NCBI RefSeq assembly: GCF_009914755.1
Contig: NC_060939.1
Strand: one strand, 5' to 3'
DNA: 64,000 nucleotides
Source: the human T2T-CHM13v2.0 reference genome, Homo sapiens
Positions 1 through 12,802 of the stretch are shown here, in pieces. Position 1 is the stretch's first letter. Each line of letters begins with the position of its first letter. A program made the translations under genes and the position numbers. Below the pieces are notes generated by a model. It ran no database searches. It worked only from the letters and a program-made list of their open reading frames with translations, and was not told where the DNA came from.

Positions 1-480
1 TGTTTCCTTGAATGGTTTATATTTTTTATTTTGAACTGATTTTCATGGATATTGCGATTTGGGGGCATTTTTTGGAGTCCCATGTGTGTAAAGTTACTAA
101 ATCTTCCTCCAGAGGAATTCTTGAATTCTAAACCATATAATACACATTTGGACTCCACACCTAAGCCTAATGCACTTTTTGGTTTTTAAATGTGTAATTA
201 TCTTTTTCCCCCTATCCGGAGCCCAAGCAGAAAACATGCTTCCTTCCACTTCCCTGGCTAATGGTTGAGGTTTCCTGGTCTTTTTTACACTGGAAAGGAG
301 ATTACACCAATTTCTGGATTTATGTGAATATCTCAGTTCCAGTTCCCCACCTCTCATAGGCCCCAAGCCCAAGGTCACCTTACCTCCTGAGAGTGTGTTA
401 AAATTTCCCTCTTACCCATAGAATCTATATTTTTGGTATGCCCAGGCATGTATTCACATCCTGCTATGTTTTATTTGCTG

Positions 481-515
481 TTTTTTTTTTGTTTTTTTTT
501 TGTTTTTTTTTTTTT
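481..515. repeat. Poly(T)-rich tract interrupted by two G
   Basis: tttttttttt g tttttttttt g tttt... read directly. Confidence 0.9.
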
Positions 516-1683
516 GCTTTGGGAACGGGAGTGAGTGTAGAACCTATACAGTCCCGTCAGCTCTATTCCAAGAATGTTCTGCTCTTTTCTTCGTTTCACA
601 AATGAAAAACCTGAGTCCCATAGATGGGAGTCAATACAGCCAAACTCACAGACCTACCTATGGCACAGGGGAGACTGAAGTTTATTTTCCAACTTCCAGC
701 AGTCCTACATTGTAAGCTGAGTGAGTGGACTGCGCTTGCAGGTCCTCCAGGTGCCTAGCGAGAACAGAGGACAAATAAATATTTACGAATTGCTTGTCTC
801 ACCTGAAAATGGTTTATTTCTAGGTTTCTGATATTATGGGGTGCAATGGCGGTAAAGAAGCAGTTCTGGTTTCAGGAATGTGATCCTGATAGCCATACTC
901 CAGAAAAAATAAATAAATTCCCTTGGCCCCATGGGCTCATGCTCTTCTAGAAGGGAAGACAGGGCTCTTAGGTACTTTCAGCGCTCGTAGAAGAGTGTTG
1001 TTACAGTCCCATGACCAGTGCAGGGGATGTGCCACTGAGAATCTTTTCACTGATGCTTCATGGGCTTTCTCTATTCTGCTACTGGGTTTTATTTCCCTTC
1101 TTCTAATTCTCCCTTTACCAACAACTAATCCCCTGTAGATAATTAATTCATCAAGTGCCTGCTCTGTGATGTCCGGACTGCTAGAAGTGGTAGGGGGACT
1201 CAAGAGCCAGATGAAGCTAAGGGCACGCCTGTCTGCTCTCCAGGGACCCCTGGCGTCCCTTTCTCCTGGCAGAATGACTGCTATCCTTTGAGGTGAATCC
1301 AGTTCAGCTGTCACCTCTTCTATTAACCACTCTCCAAAAACAGCTAATCCTTCTTCTAGGCTCTTACCGCAGTTATGAAAGCCTATGCTGACCCTTTGTT
1401 TAAACATGTGTACATTAACAGTAATACACTTAAGACACTTCATGGCAAGGGCAATATACTGCGTTATTCTTCCAAATCAAATAGTTGGGCTCAGTCCCCC
1501 ATTCCTGCTACTGGGGTACAGTCAAGCTCAGTCACCTTTTGGTGAGCCTTTCCCTAGTTCTTGGAGTCTTAAAAGAATCCCGTGGTTTTCGGCAGTTCAG
1601 AAACCCAGGCATTGCCGCTGCGTGGTCCACGGGAGTTGCTCTGGTGGAGCTCGGATGCCCGGGGGCTGCAGGAAAGAAGGTGG

Positions 1684-1700
1684 CAGCGCCCCCTACGCGG
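1684..1700 (-). promoter_or_regulatory. Candidate CTCF-like site in a small upstream CpG cluster
   Basis: Minus strand CCGCGTAGGGGGCGCTG resembles the CTCF core CCASYAGRKGGCRS with 2 mismatches. Confidence 0.35.
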
Positions 1701-2499
1701 ACGCAGGGCGCTGCTGTGCTCAGCAGAAGGGAGCAAATGGGATGGAGCTTCAGCCACCCTGGAAGCCGCCCCTTGGCGCCTTCCTCCCTCCCTTCCTCTT
1801 TCCAAAATCAAGCCCCCTCTTCAACATCAAGAACTCTCCGCACTCCCTGGACCTCTCAGAGCCTCTCCTCATTTACTCTTTCCAATGCGCTGGCTCAAAA
1901 GAGCCTAGATAAGAACACCAAGTTCTGGCTGTCCTTCCAGCAAAGAGTTAGGAGTTAACTTTTCAATCTTTTTTAATCTCCTTTAAAAAAGAATGAGCCA
2001 TACATTAGGGTAACCACTGGGAATCCCATCACACACATTGGCGGCATCTCTCCTCCCCGACAGGGTGCCTCCAGCACTTCAGATCCCAGCCGAGAGTCTG
2101 GCTGCTGGCGCCCAGCAAACGGTGCGGAAAGCAAACCGGGGCTCGCGGAAAGCGGGAGGAGGGGGGCTTCCTCGGGTCTGTTTTGTCTGGTTGGCAAGAC
2201 TTCCGAAGCCTGGTTCCCTATAGCTGCCACCCGGTCGCTGGCGTGGAGGAGGGAGTCCGGGAAGACTGGACCCCAGAATTGTCCCGGCTTTCTCCCGAGT
2301 GCCCAGCGCAGCTTCTGGCTGAGAGCGGGAGCGGGCTGAGTGGGGACAAAGAACGCAAGGGAGAGGTAGAGCCTGGCCTTGGGCAGCCCCTGGCCTGGCC
2401 AGAGGCGCGAGGCCGAGAGCCCGCTCGGTGGAGACTGGGGGTGGAGGTGCCCGGAGCGTACCCAGCGCCGGGAGTACCTCCCGCTCACACCTCGGGCTG

Positions 2500-2741
2500 C
2501 AGTTCCCTGGGTGGCCGCCGAGACGCTGGCCCGGGCTGGAGGGATGGGGGGGCGGGGACGGGGGCGGGGGCGGGGCTCGTCACGTGGAGAGGCGCGCGGG
2601 GGCGGGCGGGGCGGGGGCGCGCGCCCGGCTCCTTAAAGGCGCGCGAGCCGAGCGGCGAGGTGCCTCTGTGGCCGCAGGCGCAGGCCCGGGCGACAGCCGA
2701 GACGTGGAGCGCGCCGGCTCGCTGCAGCTCCGGGACTCAAC
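2500..2741 (+). promoter_or_regulatory. CHRNA7: CHRNA7 core promoter and 5'UTR: tandem Sp1/Egr GC boxes, CGTCACGTG CRE/E-box (2578-2586), TTAAA element (~2633), no canonical TATA
   Basis: Repeated GGGGCGGGG at 2548-2617 and CACGTG at 2581-2586, immediately 5' of ATG 2742. Confidence 0.88.
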
Positions 2742-2796
2742 ATGCGCTGCTCGCCGGGAGGCGTCTGGCTGGCGCTGGCCGCGTCGCTCCTGCACG
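2742..2796 (+). CDS. CHRNA7: CHRNA7 coding exon 1 (signal peptide MRCSPGGVWLALAASLLH, phase-1 end)
   Basis: Recognised human alpha-7 nAChR N-terminus; 55 coding nt followed by donor G|GTAAAG at 2797. Confidence 0.98.
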
Positions 2797-2883
2797 GTAA
2801 AGCCACTGCCTCCCCGCCCTCCACTCCTCCGTGGGATCCCGGGCACATCCCGGGCGCCTCTGTGCGCCCCGCGCCTGGGCCAG
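2742..2883 (+). CDS. CHRNA7: CHRNA7 exon 1 extended form (alternative donor +87 nt, adds GKATASPPSTPPWDPGHIPGASVRPAPGP)
   Basis: Frame stays open through CAG|GTTTGG at 2883/2884; 87 nt keeps phase 1; matches the longer isoform as I recall it. Confidence 0.8.
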
Positions 2884-3043
2884 GTTTGGGATCTCCCCGC
2901 CGCCGGGGAGGGGCAGCGGGGGCGCTGCGGGGGCTGCTTGTCTGGGCTGCACCGGGTGGGCGGCGGGGGACGCCGGCAGGAGGGAGTCGGGGGTACCCCC
3001 GCCGGCCTGCCCTGAGCCCCCTGCCCGGGTCTTCTCTCCTTAA

Positions 3044-3289
<246 letters not shown>

Positions 3290-5334
3290 TAGTTGGCCCC
3301 AAGCTAGGCAGGGCCATGCTCTGAGTCTGTCCCCAGCCTGCCCTCTCCTGAGTGTCTCATTTCTCGGTTTCCCCTCCAGCCAAGGAGGGACCTGGTAGAG
3401 CTTATTCCATCACCCTGGCCACCTGTGCATGGTTACTTGGGTCCCACCTTTCTCTCAGGTTAGAAACTCAAGCATCCTGAGCTGGGACTCAGTAGCAAGA
3501 ACAGGTGAAGTTCACTTTTTAATCTCCCTTATGGTGTAAGTGTTGACTTGCATTCCAGCATTGTCAATTTAGCCACTTCTAGACTTTTCTGCCGCCTATG
3601 GTATGTAACTTCTTTGGTGGGGGCCTGGCCCTGAGCTTTGCAGCTGGCGAATCTATCCAGGCAGAGGGCAAGAGGGCCAGCTGTGAACTTTCACTGTGAC
3701 CCCATCTTAGGAATGGGCATGCTTTGCCTTCCTGGTGAGGACAGGTACTGGGAGTCCTGCTCCGAGGACTCAGGGTTCCCCGTCAGGAATACATGTGTCT
3801 GTCCCTCCAGGCAGCTGCCATCAGTTCCGTGGGTCTCTTGCCTTGCAGCCTTGCTAGTGCCCGCTTCAGTTAGCCAATCTGTGTAAACTTGCCTATTGTT
3901 CCTCTGTGCTGCTTTGGATATTCAATATTCATGGTATATTCTCCATACAATACAAATACTTCACACAAGTGTTTAATTCATTATAAGTGGGTTTGGTGTC
4001 TTGTCTATACAGAGTATCGGATTCTATTGTGGAGCACCCTGGAGTGTGGCAGGGTGGGGCACAGGGATAATAATGTTCATTGGGAGGGAGAGCATGATGG
4101 GAAAGAGGTGAGAGAATAGCCACAATTACTGGTTAAAAAAGAAATAGTGCTAAGAGCTACCTGGCAAAGTGGAAAAAGGTAAGAGGTGATATTTCATAAT
4201 CCTACAAATAAACAGTTACCTGCACTATCATGTTGATGAATGGTATATCACTTAACCTAGTTAAAATTGCCATCATACATTGCCTCCTTTCCAACGCTAC
4301 ACTCGCCTCAAATGTGTTCTTCCTCCTACAGACAGAATCATGCTTTAAAATATTGAATGTATATGTGATGATGTGGAAAAGTTATCATGAGAAGAGCTGT
4401 AGGGGAAGGCAGGTTCAGTCTCATGTGTTGCAGAGCAGCAAAAGTTGCTGTTTATGGAGCAGTTCCTCAGTTGCTTTAAAGAGCTCAGGATTTGTACTTG
4501 GGATCTTCGGTGGGTTCTGGCTGTGTTGGTTTCTGGATGGCTGCTGTTAGGTAAGTTTCTTAAGCATCTTGAGCCTTGGCTTTCCGGCTAATAAAATGCA
4601 CACTGTCAGTCATTGTGATCAACTAAAGAATATGGAAACAACTTGAAGAGACCTTAAAGCTAGATATGTGATTATGGTCATTTTCATGCAGAAACCACAT
4701 GAAAAAGGACCAGGCAGCAGAGCTAACACACCCCGCAAGTGGTGTGTGACAGGGTGAGAAAGGGACAGTAGCCCCCTCTTCCCCCATTTGTCCAGGGTCA
4801 ACTCCAGCCAGGCTGTCACACTGTTTGTGTCTGCTCCACAGCTGTCTCTCTTGGAGTGGGTGACCCTGTATTGCCTGGATGGGGGTGATGGTGTAGTAGC
4901 CCCTCAGTAGAGGAACAGGAGGAAGTCAGTAGAACAGGCTCCTGAGGTTGCAAAGGCTGCGGCAGCACCTTTTGGAGAAGAGACCACTCGCGGAGAAGCT
5001 GCAGGCTTTCTTCTGGGAACTTCTTCTTTAAGAGACTCTTAAGAAACCAAGTTATTATGAGGAGCTCTGAGTCTTAGGAGAAGTTTAGGCATAAGTTAGT
5101 GTTATACTACATGAACATTTAAAATAACTTTTGTCATGTTAGAAAATTACAAAAATAGCACATTGGCACTTTGTGTCAATGACATTCCAGTGTCCTTAGG
5201 AAATGCATGTGAAGAAGGCTGTCAGCAGCCAGAGGTCATGGGAAGGGGGCGGGAGAAAGTTTATCTCTCACCTTAGCCGTGGTATTGGCTGTGAACACAT
5301 TGAACTTCCCAGCCAGGCAATGCTATGTTCATGG

Positions 5335-5560
5335 AGTGGCCTTGAACAAACTCACTTACCTTTCTAAGCTCTGTTTTCTCATGTGTTAAATGAGAATAAT
5401 AATACCTGCTTCAGAGGGTTTTGAGAGGATTAAATGAGAGAAAGTGCTTGCCCACACTGGTGATTCACTGAAGGTCTGCTCCATCTTAATTATGTAACTA
5501 CTCAACTCAGAGGTCAAGAAGTCCATGCCTAGAAGGGTGTGGTCACATGCCCAAGGTCAC
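5335..5560. mobile_element. MIR SINE fragments
   Basis: MIR core-like ...ctgttttctcatgtgttaaatgagaataataatacct...gaggattaaatgaga, then ...tgcccaaggtcac. Confidence 0.75.
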
Positions 5561-6089
5561 TCTGTGATTAGAGGTAGGGCTATGAGGAAAACCAACATCG
5601 GACAAGTCCTTTGTCTTTCGTCTGCTGCTTCCTTTAGACTTGGTAACTTCGGCAGAACAAAGTCATTTAATTTATTTAAACTGGGTGAATTGTAACTAAT
5701 TTAATGTGACTTTCCTGAGATCCTGGATGAAGCCGAAGTCTCTATCAGACATAACAAAATATGCAAACATTTGTATTCCAGCCTTACTTGGCTCTGCCTG
5801 GTTTTTGAAGCAGAGCCAGGTCTCTCCAGCTGAAATCTCAGCGCTCTGGACAGAGACACAATGGTTCTCATAAAGGCTTCGTGTGGCAAAATCTTGGCTG
5901 GTATAGATTCTCTTTACACATTTGTTGCCCATTTTAACTGGACTGTTCTAGAGACCATAGTAGTTGGTTTTCCTACTCCCAAATATTGTTATTGATTGCT
6001 TTTGTTTGTCAGCAGAGATTCCTGACTGGAGTGATAGGAAGACACCATATGATGTTACATATTTGATTTTTGTGAAAGATCATTTACTC

Positions 6090-6420
6090 TTTAATCAATT
6101 TATTCCACACATGCTATTGAGCTCCTGTTGTAGACTTTGACAAATTCTGAGAATTAACAGAAAGATGAGGGATTATTTTTCCTTTCAGAGATCTCATGAG
6201 CTGGCTAGGGAGATTAAAAAGTAAATCCAAAATTACATGTGATGAAATTTAACATAAATATCTATACAAAGTGCTAGAAAACATTGTGTTCAACTAGAGC
6301 AGCTGAGAGTGGCTTCAAAGAGATGGTGGTTAGAGTTCTAAAGATGAGAAGGAGTTTGCCACTGAAAGTAGGAAATCTTTTCCAGGTTGAGGAAAGACTG
6401 AAAGTGCAGTGGAGGACAGC
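6090..6420. mobile_element. L2 LINE 3' fragment
   Basis: Degenerate ttcaacaaacatttattgagc-type L2 terminus followed by purine-rich L2-like sequence. Confidence 0.5.
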
Positions 6421-9400
6421 TCACTTTCAACAAGGTGTGTTTTATGGGACACTGGCAACCTGTTGATCTTTACTACAGGTTTTGCTGCAAGACTTCTCAG
6501 AAAATTTATGCTATGTTTTTTGAGACATTCTAAAAGACCAATATAGTACTGACCAAACTACTGATAGTTTTATAGACCCTTTTGTAAGAATTATATGCTC
6601 TAGAAGCACACCTTACAAGGGGGAGGCTATGATTTTTCTTTGGTAGGAGGTGCTAGATGAGTGTGGGGACAGTAAGGTTGCAGTGTGTGAGGCGTCCTGA
6701 GTTCCTCTGCAAGTTTGCATTTCACCTGGCCCTAGTCTAGGCATCTCTGAGGGCATGAGGAGGCAGTGTGCCAGGGGTTTTGTGAAGCTGTAAGACCAGC
6801 CTGCCATAGCATATTTTCCTAGAAAAGGAAATAGTCCAAACCATGATATTTGTATTAAATTCAAGTATAAATTATAGATTGGAGTGAAAAAACTTTGCAT
6901 ACATTTTAGAGGTACAACATGAGTCCTCAAAGGAATTGCTTGACCTGCTGTTATTCAACAGGCTCCTTCATGAAGCACTAGGCAGAGGGGGAAGATATGG
7001 TGGGTCGTTAAACAGGGGAGGGAAGTAACCGAATCTCTGCTTAAGCAGAAGATGCTGAGAGCAGTGAGTGTGAGACGGGTCAGAGAGGAGAGAAAGGTAA
7101 CGGACAAGGAGGTTGAAACTAGGATGGCCACTGTGGGAATGTGGAGAAGGGGGCAGATTTAAGAGATGTTTTGGATATATTGTCTATGATCTATAACTGT
7201 GTGTATAAACATCATGAATATACATCAATAAATTTGCTAAGTGAAAGTGCCTAAATTATTCTTATATGCACACACTGACTTCTGGTGATTATTAATTTAC
7301 TTCCTGGGCTTGTAACTGGGCTGGGAATGAGATAATACATAAGAAATCATTTTGAAGTGATGCATGTGTGAGGTTCTAATCTGCCAAGTTTCCATAATGT
7401 TTCTTTCTCCTTTATTTGTGCTGTTTAGTCAGTCACCTGAGCACATGCATCTGAAGGCCATTCTAAGTGATTTGCATAAAATAAATATGCATTGGTTATG
7501 AAGCATGTCCAGAAGTCAAGTTTGTTAATAATATGAACCAACATGTAATTATATACAAATGTAAAACACATAATTATACAAGATTGACTATTTTGGTATT
7601 TTATTGATTTGAAATGCAGACTCAGCTTTTTGGAAGCTTTAGTCACAAGACCGTAGAACTAAGTGGTCATGCACTTACGTTTTGGCACTGAAGATGGCAG
7701 GCAGGGCTGTGGAGCCCAGTATCCTAAGGGCTTATGTGTTATCTGAATTCCTTTGGGGGGCCCTCTGTGTAGGTTTGCAATATGTATGATTTTACATTCA
7801 TTAGCCACTATTTAAAATGCTACAACTCCAACAAAATACTGTCAAATATTATAAAACCCACATACCTAGAATATATTGTAAAAAGAAATGCTGAAGGTAT
7901 AATCAGGTATTGATCTTTATCATTTAAAAAAATCTTTACTTTTTTGAGCAGTTTTAGCTTCACAGCAAAATGAAGAAGAAGGTACAGAGATTTCCCACAG
8001 CTTCCTCAATTATCAACATTCCCCACTAGAGTAGTATATTTGTTACGACTGATGAACTTACATTGACACATCATCATCACCCCAAATGCATAGTTTATAA
8101 GAAGGTTCCCTCTTGGTTTTGTATAATCTATGGGTTTGGGCAAATGTATAATGGCATAATGTGTAATACCCTCATTATGGTATCATACAGAGTATTTTTA
8201 CTCTCCTGAAATTTCTTTGTGCTCTCCCTGCTTATCACTACCTTCACCACAGCTCTTGGCAGCCGCTGACCTTTTGTTGTCTCCATAGTTGAACCCTTTC
8301 CACAATGTCGTATGGTTGGAATCATACAGTCTGTAGCCTTTTCAGATGGACTTATTTCACTTAGTAATATGCATTTATGCTCTCTCCATACTCTTTCATG
8401 GCTTGATAGCTCACTCCTTTTTAGCACTGAATAATATGCCAGTGGTCTGGATGTAGCACAGTTCATTTATCCATTCACCTCCGGAAGAACATCTTGGTTG
8501 CCTCCAAGTTTTGGCAATTATGAGTAAAGCTGCTGTAAGCATCTTGTGCAGATTTTTACGTGAACATAAGGTTTCAATCACTTGTGTAAATACCAACGAG
8601 GGCACTTGCTGGTTCGTATGCTAAGAGTATGTTTAATTTTCTAAGGAAATCACAGACTATCTCCCAAAGTGGATGTACCATTTTACATTCTCACCAGCAA
8701 TGAATGAGAGCCCCTGTTGCCCTTTATCCATGTCAGCATTTGGTGTTGTCAGTGTTCTAAGTTTTAAGCATTCCAATAGGTGTGTAGTGGAATCTCATTG
8801 TTTTATATTTGCATTTCCCTGATGACATATGATGTGGAGCATTTTTTCAGAAGCTTATTGCCATCTGTAGGTCTTCTTTGGTAAGGTGTCTGTTAAGGTC
8901 TTTGGCCAAGTTTTCAGTGGGTTTTTTTTTTTTTTCTTATTTCTGAATTTAAGAGTTTTTGTATATTTTTGATGACAGTCCTTTATCAGGTATGTCTTTT
9001 GCAAATATTTTTCCCAGTCAGTACCTTGTTTTCTCATTCTCTTTACATTGTATTTCACAGAACATACATTTTTAACTTTAGTGAAACCCATCTTTTCAAT
9101 TCTTTCTTTTATGGATTGTGCCTCTGGTATTGTATCTAAAAAGTTACTGCAATATCCAAGGTCATACAGGTTTTCCTCTATTATCTTCTAGGAGTTTTAT
9201 AGTTTTGCACTTTACATTTAGGTCTGTGGTCCACTTTGAGTTAATTTTTATGAAGGGTGTAAGGTCCGTGTCTACATTTATCTTTTTGCATGTGATTGTC
9301 CAGTTGTTGTAGCACCATTTGTTGAAAAGATGATCTTTGCTCCATTTTATTGCCTTTGCATCTTTGTCAAAGATCAGCTGATTATATTCATGTGAGTCTT

Positions 9401-10195
9401 ATTTCTGGGTTCTCTGTTGTGTTTTGTCGATCTCTTTGTCTATTCTTTCATCAATAACACAGTCTTGATTACTATAGCTTTATCCTAAGTCTTGAAGTTT
9501 GGTAGTATCAGTCCTCCAACTTTGTCGTTCCTCAACATTGTGTTGGCTATTCTGGGTCTTTTGCGTCTCTCTATAAACTTTATAATTGCTTTATCGATAC
9601 CCACAAAATAACCTTCTGGGATTTGATTGAATCTGTAGATCAAGTTGGGAAGAACTGACATATTGACAATACTGAATTTTTCTGTTCATGAACATAGAAC
9701 AGCTCTTTAGTTAGTTCTTCCTTTATTTTGTTTGTAAGAATTTTGTAGTTTTACTCATATAGATCTTGTAAATACTTTACTTGATTTTTACCTAAGTGCT
9801 TAATTTTTGAGGGGTTAAATGGTATTATGATTTCAATGTCAAATTCTACTTGTTAATTGCCGAAATATAGGAAAGCGATTTACTTTTACATGTTAACCTT
9901 GTCTTCTGCAAAGTTGCTGTAATTGTTTATTAGCTCCTGGAGATTTTTTTTTTGGTCAGTTATTTTGGGTTTTCTACATGAACGATCATGTCATCTGCGA
10001 TCAAAGACAGCTTTATTTCTTTTTTCCCAGTCTATATACTTTTTATTTCCTTTTTCTTGTCCTTTTGTATTAGCTAGTACTTCCAGTGTGCTATTGAAAG
10101 GAGTGGGAGAGGGGACAACCTTGACTTGTTCCTAATCTTAGTGGGAAAGCTTCAGTTTTCTTATCATTAGGTATGATGTTAGCTATAGGTTTTTT

Positions 10196-10442
10196 GGATA
10201 TGTATATATATATATATATATAAATATACATATGTACATACATTTTGTGTATATGTAAAATATGTGTACATGTTTACATTTATGTATAAATATGTACATA
10301 CATTTTGTATATTTATTTACATTTATATAAACATATATTGTATATATAATATACATATTTTATATATACATATGAAAAATATGTATATACACACATATAC
10401 AAAAAACGTACAGCTAACATCATACTTAATGATATATATATT
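10196..10442. repeat. AT-rich (TA)n/(TATG)-type low-complexity expansion inside L1
   Basis: tatatatata... with repeated tatgtacatacattttgt. Confidence 0.9.
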
Positions 10443-10690
10443 TATCAAGTTGAGGAAGTTCTCCCCTATTCCGTTTACTGAAAGTTTTTGTGATGAATAG
10501 GAGTTGGATTATGTCAAAATTGTTTTCATCTATTGATATAATCATATGATTTTTCTTTTGTAGCCTGTTGATGTAATGGATTATATTAATTTTTTAATGT
10601 TGAGCCAGCCTTGAATATCTGGAATGAATCTCACTTGACCATGGTGTATAATTCTTTTTGTACATTGTTGAGATAAATTTGCTAATTTTT

Positions 10691-10814
10691 AAATTTTTGG
10701 TTGAGACGGGGTTTCACTATGTTGCTCAGGCTGGTCTTGGACTCCTGAGCTCAGTTGATCTGCCTGTCTCAGCCTCCTAAAGTGCTAGGATTGGAGGCGT
10801 GAGCCACCACAACG
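10691..10814 (-). mobile_element. Alu monomer (FLAM_C / left arm)
   Basis: Single Alu arm flanked by tgctaattttt / tgctaatattt (probable TSD). Confidence 0.85.
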
Positions 10815-12728
10815 TGCTAATATTTTGTTGAGCATTTTTGAATCTGTGTTCATCAGTGATACTGGTTTGTGGTTATCTTTTCTTAGAATGTCTTTATCTG
10901 CCATTTGTATTAGGGTAATGCAGGCCTCATAGAATGTTTTAGGAAGTATTTCCTCTGCTTGTGTACTCTGAAAGAGACTGTAGATAATTGGTATAATTTC
11001 TTTTTTAAATTTGTAGACTTCACCAGTGAGCCCTTCTGGGCCTGTTGCTTTCTGTTTTGGAAGGTTATTATTATTTGATTCAATTGCTCTGATAGATATA
11101 GGCCCATTCAAATTGTTTATTTCTTCTTGTTTGAGTTTTGAGAAATTTTGTCTTTCAAGGAGTAGTCCATTTTATCTAGGTTATAAAATTTGTGAGCATA
11201 GAATTGTTCATAGTATTTATTTGTTATCCTTTTAATGCCCATGGGCTGTGTAATGATGTCTTCTACTTCTGATATTAGTTATTTTTGTCCTTTCTCATTT
11301 TTTTCTTATTTAGCCTGGCTAGATGCTTATTGATTTTATTGATCATTTTTCAAAAAACAGATTTTGTTTTTGTTCATTTCCTCTATTGATTTCCTGTTTA
11401 CAATTTTGTTGATTTCTACTCTAATTTTTAGTATTTCTCTGCTTATTTTGGATTTAATTTGCTCTTTTTTCTAGTTTCCTAAAGTAGAAGCTTAGAATAC
11501 TGATTTTTAGATCTTTCATTTCTGTACATTTCAATACTGTATTCAGGGCTATAGATTTTCGCTTAAGGACTTCTTTTGCTGCATCCCACAAATTTTGATA
11601 AGTTGTGTTTTCATTTTCATTTCAGTTAAAATATTTCAATGTCTCTTGAGAATTCTTCTTTGAGGCATATATTATTTAAAGGCATATTGTCTAATCTCCA
11701 CGTATTTTTGGATTTTTCAGTAATCTTTCTGTTACTGATTTCTAGTATAATTTCTTTGTATTCTGATAGCAGGCAATGTGTAATTTCTATTCTTTTAAAT
11801 TTGTTAAGGCTCTTTCTGTGGCACAATTATGGGGAATATTCCATGTGAACTTGAGAAGAATGTGTATTCTGCTGTTGTTGGATAAAATAGTACTATAGAT
11901 GTTGCTTATATCCAATTGATGGACAATGTTTTGAGTTCAATCATGTTTATACTGGTTTTCTGCTTGCTGGTTCTTCAAATTTCTGGTAGAGGGGTGTTAA
12001 AGTTTCCAACTGTGAAAATGGATTTACCTATTTATCCTTGTAGGTCTAATAGTTTTTGCCTCATTAGTTTGATGCTGTGTTTTTGGGCATATACACATTA
12101 AGGACTGTTATGTCTTTTTGTAGAACTGGTCTTTTTATCATTAAGTAATATCCTTTTTTATCCCTGGAAACTTTCCTTGCTTTGAAGTACGCTCTATCTG
12201 AAATTTACATAGCTATTCCTGCTTTCTTGGATTAGTGTTAGCATGGTATATTTTTCTCCATCCATAAGACACTGTTAATTTATATGTGTCTTTATATTTA
12301 GAGTGGGTTTTTTGTAGGCACATACAGTTGGGTCTTGTTTTTTGTTCTACTCTTACAGTCTCTTTAAATTGATGCATTTAGACCACTCAGAGTGATTGTC
12401 GATATAGTTGGATCAATAACTATCATATTTGTTACTGATTTTTTTGTTGTCCTTGTTCCTTATTTCAGTTTTTGTTTTCCACTCTGACTTTTATGGTTTA
12501 GTTGGACATTTTATATGGTTATGTTTTCCCTCCTTTCTTGGTGTATCAGTTATAGTTCTTTTTTTACTTTTTTAGTGGTTGCCCTAGAGTTTGCAATATA
12601 CATTTACAACTAACCCAAGTCACCTTTCATGTTACATTATACCACTTCATGCATAATGAGAGCACTTTATAATGCAAAATAACATGAATTTCTTCCTCCT
12701 GTCCCTTGTACCATTTATTTCTTATAAG

Positions 12729-12732
12729 GTGC

Positions 12733-12768
<36 letters not shown>

Positions 12769-12802
12769 ATATGTATTATATATGTATATATTATATATAC
12801 AC
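12729..12802. repeat. Compound (TG)n/(TA)n microsatellite
   Basis: gtgcgtgtgtgt...atatgtgtgt...atata. Confidence 0.9.

Noticed and set aside
937-2488. Long upstream ORFs (168, 175, 157, 171 aa) on both strands
   Set aside because: No recognisable domain; overlapping frames and several non-ATG starts; expected in GC-rich promoter-flank DNA
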